A program made the translations under genes and the position numbers. From the IMG/VR virus record IMGVR_UViG_3300013342_000002: a stretch of 64,000 bases of DNA. One strand, written 5' to 3'. The notes beneath the pieces were generated by a model. That model searched no databases. It was not told the origin of the DNA and saw only the letters and a program-made list of their open reading frames with translations. This document shows, piece after piece, positions 8,409 through 18,029 of this stretch (the stretch's first letter is position 1; every line of letters begins with the position of its first letter). The stretch is from an uncultured virus (IMG/VR IMGVR_UViG_3300013342_000002) (lineage: Duplodnaviria; Heunggongvirae; Uroviricota; Caudoviricetes).

Positions 8409-8827
8409 GAAATCTCACACTGGCCCAAGCCGCCCGGGATGCGGTGTATTTGTGCGCCGGCTGCGGGGCCGACGGGATAGTTCGAATTAGCGTTACCCGA
8501 AACCCCGAAGGAAGCATCCGCCGCCGTCATAACCTGGTCGCCGTGCAGTGGGCATGGGTCGGAAGCGAGTCCCGTGGAAAGCAGCTGGTTCGCCGACTCC
8601 GGAGGCAGTGGGCATCGCGCTATGTGCTCGGCGAGGGCTACCGGTTCGACTACGGCTTGGAAGGCGACATGTTTCGTGATGCCTTGAACGCAGCCTTCCG
8701 CGACGTGGCGAAGGAATCCCCACAATGGGAGAAGCTTGGACCCGAATCGCTGATGGTGTTGAAATCTACGCGAGCCGGGCGCAGCCGGCTGTGCCGAGGA
8801 CGTAATCACTCTGATTGGAGTGAGTAG
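8405..8827 (+). CDS. hypothetical protein, possibly degenerate GIY-YIG/T5orf172-like
   Basis: VYL..G..RISVTRNPE..GEGYRF; ATGA overlap. Confidence 0.5.
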   Translation: MRNLTLAQAARDAVYLCAGCGADGIVRISVTRNPEGSIRRRHNLVAVQWAWVGSESRGKQLVRRLRRQWASRYVLGEGYRFDYGLEGDMFRDALNAAFRDVAKESPQWEKLGPESLMVLKSTRAGRSRLCRGRNHSDWSE

Positions 8828-8890
8828 ATGGGTGCAGATGCAGCACCCCACCGGCAACCGTCCCCCATAAGGAGGACGGTTGCAGATGCG

Positions 8891-9178
8891 TCAGCGCGGA
8901 GCGGGTTGGTACTTATGGGCTCCGACGCCGTTGATGATCGCCGTTGCGGTCAGGCTGAACCCATGCTCGGCCATGCGCAGAAGGTCGGCAGGGAGCTTCG
9001 CTTCCTGTAGGCGCGTGCTGAGCTGAGCCTTGCCGATCTCGTTGTTTTGCCGCAGGCGTTCCGTGAGGGCGACCAGATCCCCTCTCTGGTGGGTTCCGAT
9101 AAGGGTCAGTAGGGCCCGCTCTTGGGCAACGTCCCTGCCGATGAGGCGGGCCATGTAGTTCTGATCGTCCGTATTCAA
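8891..9178 (-). CDS. hypothetical protein
   Basis: AGGAGGA RBS before TTG 9178; helical 95-aa product. Confidence 0.55.
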   Translation of the reverse strand: MNTDDQNYMARLIGRDVAQERALLTLIGTHQRGDLVALTERLRQNNEIGKAQLSTRLQEAKLPADLLRMAEHGFSLTATAIINGVGAHKYQPAPR

Positions 9179-9444
9179 GGGCGGTCCTCCTCCTTTTGGA
9201 TGAGCACCTATCGTACTGCCAGAACAATGTAAATAACGCTTGAACGTTGCCAACGTTTCGGTATAGTTCTCGGTAAGGTGGGGAGATTGCCATCTAAAAC
9301 GGCTCACCAATCGGTGGGCCGTCTCCATTTCTGGTACGCCGTTTGATTCCTGCCGGCCCCGTTTTCGGTTTGGCAATATCACCGGGTGTTTCAGTGCGGG
9401 GTAGACTAGGCGGGCGGCAGGACTGCCGCTTGGGCGGCGTAGCG

Positions 9445-10071
9445 ATGGCTAAAAAGATGCGGGCGGCGGATCAAGTCAGTGAGATCTGTCAGGAGATACG
9501 CTCTGCGGTAGAGAGTTATTGGGTTTTCACCGGGATTAGTGAGTACGTCGACAATCCGCAAAACCTGAAGGCAAAGGACAGGTTCTGGGAGACCTACATC
9601 GTTTTGGTGAATAACGCGTTCGATTGCATGATTGTCTCGGTTTTCAATCTGCTCGACCGGTCTAGCCGTGGGCTTACGCTTGCAAGCATTGCGGCTTCTT
9701 TGGAGGACGAGGGAGCAGATGGGTCAGTCGTGCGCCAGCTGCGGCAGGTTCACGCTCACCATGAAATACTCTGGAAAGCAATCTGCCACGTGCGCAACAA
9801 TGGCGTTGCTCATCTGAACGATAAGAGGAGTAGCAGCTCGAATCTCTCCCTGGCCATGCTTGGGACGAAGGAGATCAGGTCGTTCTTGCAGGATGCAATT
9901 CTGATCTTCGACGCATTGGAGGGCTACTGCTCATGGCAGGTCGGCCCACCGAACCGCCTTGTGGAAAGCCAAGCGGCGCAGCTTTTTCACCTTGCCAGCT
10001 CCATGTCTGACCAGCTGATTTCCGAATGTACTCAAGATGCGGTTGAGAAAGTGAAAAAGGAAGCGCGCTGA
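9445..10071 (+). CDS. HEPN (AbiU2-like) domain protein, putative RNase
   Basis: All-helical; FNLLD motif; RNNGVAH (RxxxxxH); AT-richer than flanks. Confidence 0.7.
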   Translation: MAKKMRAADQVSEICQEIRSAVESYWVFTGISEYVDNPQNLKAKDRFWETYIVLVNNAFDCMIVSVFNLLDRSSRGLTLASIAASLEDEGADGSVVRQLRQVHAHHEILWKAICHVRNNGVAHLNDKRSSSSNLSLAMLGTKEIRSFLQDAILIFDALEGYCSWQVGPPNRLVESQAAQLFHLASSMSDQLISECTQDAVEKVKKEAR

Positions 10072-10164
10072 TTTCGCAGCCGAGAGGACGAGATCCAAAG
10101 GGCGCGGCCTAGCCGGGACTTGGTGCCTTAGAATTAGTGCAATTCAATAGGGGGATATGTCGCC

Positions 10165-10833
10165 ATGAAGCTCGGGAAGGATCTCGTTGCATCGGTAGAA
10201 GCGAAGGCCTTGGCTCCAGTTGCTGAGGGGACAATTGAAGCACTTGTTGATGGCGTTATTGAGGATGGATTACTCAAAGATCTGCCTATTGTGTCCACCC
10301 TCGTTGCTTTGGGTAAGGTCGGTTTTTCGGTCCGGGACCGGTTGTTGACGCAGAAGATTGAAAAATTCCTTTCTGAGGTCGCGACACTCAGTTGGGCTGA
10401 GCGTGCGAGAGCTGTGGATGAGCTTGCAGGCAACCAAGGAAAGCAAGAAAAAGTTGGTTCATTACTGTTGGACTTGCTTGATAAGGCAGACATGGAAGAG
10501 AAGCCGCGCCTGCTGGGCAAGCTCTTTGTGGCCATGGGCCGCGGTGACATCCCGAGCGATGACTATTTGCGCATGGCTACCATGATTAACGGTGTCTACA
10601 TTGGTGATCTCCAAGCGCTCGCGATATCCAACGATGCCGAAGCGCTCCCTCCAAGTCGACGCTTTTCGCTTCAAGCCAATGGGTTCTTGGAGTACTCCAT
10701 CAAGAATCCGCCGAACATGGCCCGCACTGGGATGAGCTTGAACGACATAGGTGAAGCTATCTATAACCGCCCGTTCGAGCTTAGCTGGACTATCACCGTC
10801 GACGGCAAGACCATCTTGAAGTACTGCTTCTAG
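10165..10833 (+). CDS. hypothetical protein (moron)
   Basis: 222 aa, AGGGGGA RBS, GLLKDLPIVSTL..KIEKFL; AT-richer. Confidence 0.8.
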   Translation: MKLGKDLVASVEAKALAPVAEGTIEALVDGVIEDGLLKDLPIVSTLVALGKVGFSVRDRLLTQKIEKFLSEVATLSWAERARAVDELAGNQGKQEKVGSLLLDLLDKADMEEKPRLLGKLFVAMGRGDIPSDDYLRMATMINGVYIGDLQALAISNDAEALPPSRRFSLQANGFLEYSIKNPPNMARTGMSLNDIGEAIYNRPFELSWTITVDGKTILKYCF

Positions 10834-10883
10834 AATTCCCTTTTGGATCGGCCAATCCCGGCCGAACAAGCTGTATTGCCTCG

Positions 10884-10911
10884 AGCCCCTGAGTTTTCTC
10901 AGGGGCTTTTT
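10884..10911 (+). terminator. intrinsic terminator before endolysin
   Basis: AGCCCCTGAG-TTTT-CTCAGGGGCT + T-run. Confidence 0.8.
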
Positions 10912-10923
10912 CGTGGAGACGCC

Positions 10924-11412
10924 ATGACGCAAATCACTCCCCAACAGGCTGGCGGCGTGAACGTCGTGGCCTTCCTCGACATGCTGGCCTGGTCCGAAGG
11001 TACGGACAACGGGAAGCGGGCCACCAACGACCGCGGCTATGACGTGATCGTCGGCGGTCAGTTGTTCAAGAGCTACGCCGACCATCCGCGCGTGCTGGTG
11101 GATCTGCCGAAGCTGAAGATTCAGTCCACGGCAGCCGGCCGCTACCAACTGCTGCGCCGCTACTACGACGCCTACAAGAAGACGCTGGGCCTGAAGGACT
11201 TCGCGCCCCTGAGCCAGGATCTGATTGCGCTGCAGCAGATCCGGGAGCGCCGCGCGCTGCCGCTGATCCAGGCGGGCAAGATCCCAGAGGCCATCAAGGC
11301 GGTCAGCAACATCTGGGCGAGCCTGCCCGGAGCGGGCTATGGCCAGCACGAACAGAAGCTTGCCGACCTGTTGGCCGTGTACCGCAAGGCCGGCGGGACG
11401 GTGGCGCCGTGA
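10924..11412 (+). CDS. endolysin, lambda R-type lytic transglycosylase
   Basis: AFLDMLAWSEGT, GYDVIVGG, STAAGRYQ, IWASLPGAGYGQ. Confidence 0.95.
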   Translation: MTQITPQQAGGVNVVAFLDMLAWSEGTDNGKRATNDRGYDVIVGGQLFKSYADHPRVLVDLPKLKIQSTAAGRYQLLRRYYDAYKKTLGLKDFAPLSQDLIALQQIRERRALPLIQAGKIPEAIKAVSNIWASLPGAGYGQHEQKLADLLAVYRKAGGTVAP

Positions 11413-11864
11413 CCGAGCCCGTGAGCACCATGAAAATCATCGTCGGAACGTTCACTGCCGCGGTGGTGGCGCCAGCGACGGCGGACGCCCTGCGCGAGGC
11501 TGAGCGCGTCATTCTGGGCGTGCCACAGTCCGTGCTGCTGGTGGCAATGGCCGGCGCGCTGATCGGCGTTCTACTGCTGCCGGAGAAGGACGCGGAGCGG
11601 GTTGCAGCAGATGCCAGCCGCCGGCGCGGCCATCGGTTCTTGCAGACGGCTGCGCGATGGGCTGCGCTGGCGGTTGCCGTTGTGGCCTACGCGATCGTGG
11701 CCGCCTGGGTCATCGCAGTGGCTGCCTCAATCTGGCCAGCACTGGCCGGCGCCCCGCAGCTACCTCTGGCCGGCCTTTCCGGCGTCCTGATTCGCCGGCT
11801 GCTGCCGGGCTACGTGCGCCTGGTGGAGAAGGCCACCGGGGCCATCGGAGGTGAGAAGCCATGA
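11409..11864 (+). CDS. putative holin
   Basis: Multiple TM segments, in lysis cassette. Confidence 0.65.
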   Translation: MTEPVSTMKIIVGTFTAAVVAPATADALREAERVILGVPQSVLLVAMAGALIGVLLLPEKDAERVAADASRRRGHRFLQTAARWAALAVAVVAYAIVAAWVIAVAASIWPALAGAPQLPLAGLSGVLIRRLLPGYVRLVEKATGAIGGEKP

Positions 11865-12343
11865 GCGTGCTGATTCGATTCTTCAAGGCCCTCTGGGACT
11901 TGGTTATTGGCTGGGCCGCCGAGGTGCTGGTCTGGTTGCGCAAGCCCGGAAGCGTGATGAAGGTCTGCTGCGGCGTGCTGGCCTTCGGCTGCATGGTCGC
12001 GGGCCTGTCGGCTTACGAGAAAGAGCAGCAGATCAAGGATCTGAGCGCCCAGGTCGTGAAGGTTCGTGCCGACTGGAAGGCCGATGCCGACCGTCTGCAG
12101 GCCGACGTGGAAACCCGTGACCAGCGCCTGGCTGAAGTCGCCGCTGCACTGAGGGCAGAAGCCGAGAAGCTGGAATCCCTCAAGGCAGAAAGCGCGGCGG
12201 CGCTGCAGACACTTGCAGGAAAGATCGAGGCGTCCGAGAAGGAGGCCTCCACCTGGCGCGGTCGCTACGAGCAGCGGCCTGATACCTGCAAGGCGGCCTT
12301 GGAGCTCCTTGATTCCGCCTGCCCGGCACTGAAGGGGTACTGA
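11861..12343 (+). CDS. i-spanin (Rz-like)
   Basis: N-terminal TM, long coiled coil, C-terminal Cys pair. Confidence 0.75.
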   Translation: MSVLIRFFKALWDLVIGWAAEVLVWLRKPGSVMKVCCGVLAFGCMVAGLSAYEKEQQIKDLSAQVVKVRADWKADADRLQADVETRDQRLAEVAAALRAEAEKLESLKAESAAALQTLAGKIEASEKEASTWRGRYEQRPDTCKAALELLDSACPALKGY

Positions 12344-12344
12344 T

Positions 12345-12602
12345 ATGCGGCTCCCAGTATGGCTCTACATCGATAGGGAAAGCGCCATTGAGGCCGGGAT
12401 GACGCACGAGGGTCGCCTGTTTGGTGTGCCTGCTTGGTTGCGCGAAGACAGCGATTCCCAGGTGACTGGCAGCCCGAAGGTTCCGGCGTTGCACCTGTGG
12501 TGCATGGCAGTGGACTTGGTGCTGGAGATCGCCGCTGCGTTCGTGCAAGAGGATCGCACCCTGGAATCACCTATCACTCTCGGCAAGAGGATCGCGCCAT
12601 GA
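12345..12602 (+). CDS. hypothetical protein between spanin genes
   Basis: GMTHEGRLFGVPAW; ATGA overlap with next gene. Confidence 0.7.
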   Translation: MRLPVWLYIDRESAIEAGMTHEGRLFGVPAWLREDSDSQVTGSPKVPALHLWCMAVDLVLEIAAAFVQEDRTLESPITLGKRIAP

Positions 12603-12877
12603 GGCTCCCACTCCTGCTGGCGGTCTTGGTGCTGGCCGCGTGCCAGGCCGCACCTACCAAGCCGAACCCGCCGCCAGCAACCGTCATCACGGTCCCGGTG
12701 GCCACCTACGTGCCGATCGATGCCCAGCTGCGCAAGCGCTGCAAGTGGGTGAAGGAGGCGGCGCCGTCCGCCGTATTCGAGGTGAGCAACGGCCGGAAGC
12801 GTTGCCTGCTGCAGTACGAGGCGCAGCTCGACGGCATCGACCAGGTGCAGGGCAAGCCTGTATCGGATTCGCCCTGA
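12599..12877 (+). CDS. o-spanin lipoprotein (Rz1-like)
   Basis: Lipobox LAAC, Pro-rich linker, two further Cys. Confidence 0.75.
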   Translation: MRLPLLLAVLVLAACQAAPTKPNPPPATVITVPVATYVPIDAQLRKRCKWVKEAAPSAVFEVSNGRKRCLLQYEAQLDGIDQVQGKPVSDSP

Positions 12878-13239
12878 TGGTCCGGCAGACGGCGCAGGAA
12901 CGCCGCGTGCTGGCGCTGGGACGACTGAAGACGGGCGAGATGAACAAGACCGAGGCCGCGTATGCCGACCGCCTGCGCGCGCTGCAGTCTGCTGGCGAGA
13001 TCCAGTGGCACCGGTTCGAGGGAATGAAGCTGCGCCTGGCCGACAACACGTTCTACACGCCGGACTTTGCGGTCATGGCTGCCGACGGGGTCATGGAGTG
13101 CCACGAGGTGAAGGGGCACTGGCAGGACGATGCACGGGCCAAGATCAAGATCGCCGCCGCCATGTACCCGTTCCGCTTCATCGCGGTAAAGGTCAGGCGC
13201 AAGCGCGACGGCGGTGGCTGGGAAGTGGAGGAGTTCTGA
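12877..13239 (+). CDS. DUF1064-like PD-(D/E)xK nuclease
   Basis: NKTEAAY..YTPDF..HEVKG. Confidence 0.8.
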   Translation: MVRQTAQERRVLALGRLKTGEMNKTEAAYADRLRALQSAGEIQWHRFEGMKLRLADNTFYTPDFAVMAADGVMECHEVKGHWQDDARAKIKIAAAMYPFRFIAVKVRRKRDGGGWEVEEF

Positions 13240-13406
13240 TGTACGCGACAGTGACTGCATCGGTCCGGCTGCGGTGGTGGCTGCGGTGGTATCTGGCTGC
13301 CGTGGTGTCGTTCGCCCGGGCAACGGGCATGGACCCAAACTGGGATCGGGTGGAGTGTTTGATACGCCGTGGCTTGGTGATCCGGGCTGCAGGGGCTGGC
13401 CAGTGA
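13239..13406 (+). CDS. small hypothetical protein
   Basis: TGATG-coupled 55-aa ORF. Confidence 0.5.
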   Translation: MYATVTASVRLRWWLRWYLAAVVSFARATGMDPNWDRVECLIRRGLVIRAAGAGQ

Positions 13407-13732
13407 GCGTGGCTCGTGGCCGCAGGACCCGACAGACCGGTGGCAGCGCCTTCGCCCACCTGTACGGCACGGCTCGGTGGCAGCGCACGCGCAAGGCGCA
13501 GTTGGACCGTGAACCGCTGTGCAGCCGGTGCAAGGCACGCGGCCATGTGACGGTGGCTACGGTATGCAACCACACGAACGGACACCCGCCTGGAGAAACG
13601 GAGGAGATGTTCTGGACTGGACCCTTCGACAGTCAGTGCGCCGACTGCCACAACGTCGATCAGGCGCGTCTGGAGCGGGGTGCGGCGCAGGTCCGAGGGT
13701 GCGATGAGGACGGGTGGCCGGTGGCTGGCTGA
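13403..13732 (+). CDS. HNH endonuclease (terminase-associated)
   Basis: EPLCSRC..ATVCNH..QCADCHN; immediately upstream of terS. Confidence 0.85.
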   Translation: MSVARGRRTRQTGGSAFAHLYGTARWQRTRKAQLDREPLCSRCKARGHVTVATVCNHTNGHPPGETEEMFWTGPFDSQCADCHNVDQARLERGAAQVRGCDEDGWPVAG

Positions 13733-13756
13733 CACGTTCCACGCCACGGTTCCACA

Positions 13757-13812
13757 GGGGGGGTGAATTTATGCCATTTCCACCGGCCTAGACCGACCGT
13801 CCCCCTAAATTC
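13757..13812 (+). other. probable cos region
   Basis: G-run/AATTT ... GACCGACCGTCCCCC between HNH and terS, the usual position in HK97-like phages. Confidence 0.4.
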
Positions 13813-13888
13813 GCGTATCCACAATTCACGGGACGACCCTCGAACGGGCCATTCCTGCCAAGAAATCCCGCATTTTCCCGAGGAATTC

Positions 13889-14293
13889 ATGCCAAGGCCC
13901 CGATTGCCCGTCGCAAAGGCTGCGACAAGCGGCGCCGCCATCAAGAATCCAGGCCGGCATGTCGGAAGGAAGAGACCGAAAGGCACGCGCCCATTGGGCG
14001 AGCCGTTCAAGACCATGACCGCGGCCGAGAAGCGGGCGTGGAAGGAATTCGCATCGGAAATGTCGTGGCTCAACTCCAGCCACCGGGTGCTTCTCCGCCT
14101 GGCGTGCCTCTGGACGGCGCGGATGGAAGACCCGAAAGCCGAATTCGGCGTGTCAGCAACCCAGGCGCTCAGCTCGATCCTCTCGAAGCTGGGCGCCACA
14201 CCTGTGGATGAATCGAAGGTCTCGCATGGCGGTGACGAAGACGACCAGGGCGAAGAATTCTTCGGTGGCCCCAGCTCCGGCCGACCGCACTAA
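13889..14293 (+). CDS. terminase small subunit
   Basis: MPRPRLP..KNPGR..LSKLGATPVDESKV; AGGA RBS. Confidence 0.8.
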   Translation: MPRPRLPVAKAATSGAAIKNPGRHVGRKRPKGTRPLGEPFKTMTAAEKRAWKEFASEMSWLNSSHRVLLRLACLWTARMEDPKAEFGVSATQALSSILSKLGATPVDESKVSHGGDEDDQGEEFFGGPSSGRPH

Positions 14294-16133
14294 GGCGTAT
14301 GCGCTGGATGTGGTGGCTGGCCGGATCGTTGCCGGCCCCCATGTCCGAAACGCCTGCCGGCGCCACCTGCAGGATCTGATCGAAGGCCCCGAACGGGGCC
14401 TTTACTTTGACCACGAGGCTGCCGAGTACGCGTTCCGCTACTTCGAGAACGTCCTGATGCTCTCCGAGGGTCAGTTCGAGGGCCGCAAGTTCGATCTGCA
14501 CCCCTCGCAGGCGTTCATCGTTGGCTCGCTGTTCGGCTGGAAGGACGCCGACGGCTTTCGTAGGTTCCGCCGCGCGTACATCGAGCAGGGAAAGGGCAAC
14601 GGTAAGAGTCCGCTGGCCGGCGGGTTGGGCCTATTGGGGATGACGGCAGCAGGCGAGGCCGGCGCGCAGATCTACTCGGCGGCGGCAAAGAAGGACCAGG
14701 CCGGCATCCTGTTCGCCGACGCGGTGAAGATGGTCAAGAAGTCGCCGCTCCTGGCCAAGCGCATCGAGTTCGCCGGCGGTGAGGGGCGGGAGTTCAGCAT
14801 GGCGCACCACGCCAGCGCGAGCTTCTTCCGGCCGGTGTCGCGCGATACGGGACGCACCGGCTCCGGTCCGCGACCGTTCTTCGTACTGGTCGACGAGGTG
14901 CATGAGCTTCCCGACCGGAGAATCATCGAAATGCTGGAGCGCGGCTTCAAGTTCCGCCGCGAGCCGCTGCTCTTCATGATCACCAACTCCGGCAGCGACC
15001 GGACCTCGGTGTGTTGGGAGGAGCACGAGCATGCCGTCAAGGTCGCCGCCGGTCATACCGAGGCGGTAAACGATCCGACCTTCGTCGGCGACGTTATCGA
15101 TGACAGCACCTTCAGCTACGTGTGCAGCTTGGACGACGGGGACGACCCCCTTGAGGATCCCAGCTGCTGGGCGAAGGCCAATCCCCTGTTGGGGGTAACT
15201 ATCACCGAGCAGTACCTGGCGGGCGTGGTGGCGCAAGCCAAAGCGATCCCCGGGTCACTGAACGGCATTCTTCGTCTGCACTTCTGCGTGTGGACCGATG
15301 CGGAGACCGCCTGGATGACGCGCCCAACGCTGGAACCGGCGCTGGCCGACTTCGACCCGCGCATGCATGAGGGGCGCAAGGTCTACCTCGGCCTTGACCT
15401 TTCGCAGGTCCGCGATATCACCGCCATGGCTGCGGTCGTGGAGACCGGCACCGTCCCGGTGGAGGTGGAAGTCGAGGGCGAGAAGCTGATCATCGAGAAG
15501 CCGACGTTCGACGCCTGGATCGAGGCTTGGACACCCGGGGACACGCTGGATGCGCGGCAGCTGCAGGACAAGCTGCCCTATCGAACCTGGGTCAATGGCG
15601 GATTCCTGCATGCGCCGCAAGGGCAGGCCATCAACTTCCGGCACGTGGCCCAGGTCATGGCCGAGTACGACAACCGTTATGACGTGCAGCTGGTCGCGTA
15701 CGACCGCTACGCGTTCCGACGGTTCGAGGAAGAGGTCAACGACATTGGTCTGTCTGTGACCTTTGCCGAGCACCCGCAAGGCGGCTGCAAGAAAGGCAAG
15801 CCACTGGAAGCGGCGGTGAAAGCCGCCGAGCAGTCGGGACAGCCAGTACCTGAAGGCATGTGGATGCCCGGATCGCTGCGCCTGCTGGAGGAGGCGCTCC
15901 TGGAGGGGCGCCTGCGCCTGCGCCGGAACCCCGTTCTGGTGTCCGCAATCATGTCGGCCGTCATCGAATCGGACCGCTGGGGCAACAGCTGGCTGTCGAA
16001 GGCCAGGTCGGCAAACAAGATCGACGCCGCGGTGGCCGTTTGCATGGCCATCGGCGCGGCACACGCCATGCCACCGGATGCCGGCGGCATAGACGACTAC
16101 CTGGAAAACGGCTTCTTTGGACTGATCGGATGA
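14208..16133 (+). CDS. terminase large subunit
   Basis: Walker A GKGNGKS, Walker B VLVDEVHE, GLDLS, KIDAAVA. Confidence 0.95.
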   Translation: MNRRSRMAVTKTTRAKNSSVAPAPADRTKAYALDVVAGRIVAGPHVRNACRRHLQDLIEGPERGLYFDHEAAEYAFRYFENVLMLSEGQFEGRKFDLHPSQAFIVGSLFGWKDADGFRRFRRAYIEQGKGNGKSPLAGGLGLLGMTAAGEAGAQIYSAAAKKDQAGILFADAVKMVKKSPLLAKRIEFAGGEGREFSMAHHASASFFRPVSRDTGRTGSGPRPFFVLVDEVHELPDRRIIEMLERGFKFRREPLLFMITNSGSDRTSVCWEEHEHAVKVAAGHTEAVNDPTFVGDVIDDSTFSYVCSLDDGDDPLEDPSCWAKANPLLGVTITEQYLAGVVAQAKAIPGSLNGILRLHFCVWTDAETAWMTRPTLEPALADFDPRMHEGRKVYLGLDLSQVRDITAMAAVVETGTVPVEVEVEGEKLIIEKPTFDAWIEAWTPGDTLDARQLQDKLPYRTWVNGGFLHAPQGQAINFRHVAQVMAEYDNRYDVQLVAYDRYAFRRFEEEVNDIGLSVTFAEHPQGGCKKGKPLEAAVKAAEQSGQPVPEGMWMPGSLRLLEEALLEGRLRLRRNPVLVSAIMSAVIESDRWGNSWLSKARSANKIDAAVAVCMAIGAAHAMPPDAGGIDDYLENGFFGLIG

Positions 16134-17389
16134 CTACCTTTCGTTGGTACAACCCGCTGAGCTGGCGGTTCTTCGGATACGACGACCCTGCCACCGGGAA
16201 CTACGTGGAGGTCGATCTATCCACCGGTGGCCGAGGCACCAAGGCGGGCGTCCGGGTGACGCCCAAGAAGGCGCTGACGGTCAGCATCGTCTGGTCTTGC
16301 GTGAAGGTGCTGTCCGAGTCCGCCGCGGGGCTGCCTTGGAAGCTGTATGAGGACGCGGGCGGCCTCCGCCAGCTGGTCAGGGGGAGCAGCCCGCAGAGGC
16401 GCCGTCTGCTTCGCCTGCTGAGCAAGCCGAATCCTTTCATCAAGTGGCTGGACCTGATCAAGGCGGTCGTGGTGAACATGGCGCTGCGCGGCAATGCCTT
16501 CGCCATCATCCAACGTGACGACGATGGTGGATGGATCGGCCTGATTCCCGTGCCGGTGGATAGCGTCCGCATCGACACCGACGACGGCCTGATCTACTGG
16601 GCGACGATCAACGGCAGCGAAACGCCGGTCTCGCCGCAGAACATGCTGCACTTCAAGCTGTTCAGCCCAGATGGCATCACTGGCCTGTCGCCGGTCGAGT
16701 ATCAAGCCGAAACCATCGGCCTAGCGCGCGCTGCGCAGGACTGGTCCGCCCGGTTCATGCGCAAGGGTGGTTTCACCGGTGGATACATCATTTATCCCGG
16801 CTTCCTGACCAAGGAGCAGCAGGCGCAGATCAAGGCGAAGTTGCCGGATATCCGTAAGGGCGATGTAGACGACCTCGGCAAGATGGCCATCTTGCAGGGC
16901 GGCCCGACGATCACGCCGGCCGGACTGACCCAGAAAGACAGCCAGTTCATCGAATCGCAGCAGTTCCAGGAAGAGGCGCTCGCCGGCATCTGGGGCGTTC
17001 CGCTGTACCTGACGAACCGCGCTCGCTCCACGTCGGTGCTGGGCTCCAATCTGGAGCAGCAAACCAGCGGCTTCGTCACCTTCGGCCTGAAGCCTTACCT
17101 CGATGCCATCGAGAGCGAGATCAACGACAAGTTGTTCGCCGACGGCGACATGTTCGTGGAGGCCGTCGTAGAGGGCCTGCTGCGCGCCGACAGCGGAGCG
17201 CGAGCCAACTACTACAAGACCGCCCTTGGCGGCTCCGGCGGCTCCGGCTGGATGGCCATCAACGAGGTCCGGGTGAAAGAGAACCTGCCGGTGCTGGAAG
17301 GCGAGCAATACAACCAGGTCACACGGTGGACCAGCAGCAAGCCCGATTCCAGTAGCGACGACCCAACGGGAGATCCCGCCAATGCTTAG
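16130..17389 (+). CDS. portal protein, HK97 family
   Basis: LRGNAFA, GLSPV, INEVRVKENLP. Confidence 0.95.
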   Translation: MTTFRWYNPLSWRFFGYDDPATGNYVEVDLSTGGRGTKAGVRVTPKKALTVSIVWSCVKVLSESAAGLPWKLYEDAGGLRQLVRGSSPQRRRLLRLLSKPNPFIKWLDLIKAVVVNMALRGNAFAIIQRDDDGGWIGLIPVPVDSVRIDTDDGLIYWATINGSETPVSPQNMLHFKLFSPDGITGLSPVEYQAETIGLARAAQDWSARFMRKGGFTGGYIIYPGFLTKEQQAQIKAKLPDIRKGDVDDLGKMAILQGGPTITPAGLTQKDSQFIESQQFQEEALAGIWGVPLYLTNRARSTSVLGSNLEQQTSGFVTFGLKPYLDAIESEINDKLFADGDMFVEAVVEGLLRADSGARANYYKTALGGSGGSGWMAINEVRVKENLPVLEGEQYNQVTRWTSSKPDSSSDDPTGDPANA

Positions 17390-18029
17390 CAAGTATTCCT
17401 GCCCATTCGAGGTAAAGGCGGCAGACGATGCCGGCAACTTCGAGGGCTATGCCTCGGTGTTCAACAACGTGGATCTCGGCGAGGACCTGATCCTCCCGGG
17501 CGCCTTCGTCAAGGTGAAGACGACTCGGACTGGCCGACTGCGCCTGGCGCTGTACCACAACCTGACCCGTCTGATCGGCGATGCCGAGTTCAAGCAGGAC
17601 GACAACGGCCTGCACCTGAAGGGGAAGGTCAACCTCAACGTCAGCTACGCCAAGGACGCCTACGAGCTGATGAAGGCCGGCACCTTGGACGAAATGTCAG
17701 TCGGCTTCAACACGTTGGAGGACGCGATTGAAACCCGCGAGGGTCGGCGGGTACGCGTCATCAAGAAGGCCGAATTGTGGGAGGCGTCGGTCGTCCCCTT
17801 TGGCATGAACCCGGAAGCACAGGTGATGAGCGTCAAGTCCGACGTTCGCGCCTTCGAATCGGCCCTGCGCGAATGCATGGGGCTGTCCCAGAAAGAGGCG
17901 GCGGCCGTCGCCTCGCTCGGCTTTCCCGCGATCCACCGTGACGGTGGCATTGGGGACACGGAGACCGTGAAGCAGCTGAAGCAACTCGGCACATCCATCG
18001 AATCCATTTTCAAAGGAATGCAGCAATGA
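17382..18029 (+). CDS. prohead protease, HK97 family
   Basis: FEGYASVF, LYH, MSVGF, EASVVPFGMNP. Confidence 0.95.
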   Translation: MLSKYSCPFEVKAADDAGNFEGYASVFNNVDLGEDLILPGAFVKVKTTRTGRLRLALYHNLTRLIGDAEFKQDDNGLHLKGKVNLNVSYAKDAYELMKAGTLDEMSVGFNTLEDAIETREGRRVRVIKKAELWEASVVPFGMNPEAQVMSVKSDVRAFESALRECMGLSQKEAAAVASLGFPAIHRDGGIGDTETVKQLKQLGTSIESIFKGMQQ

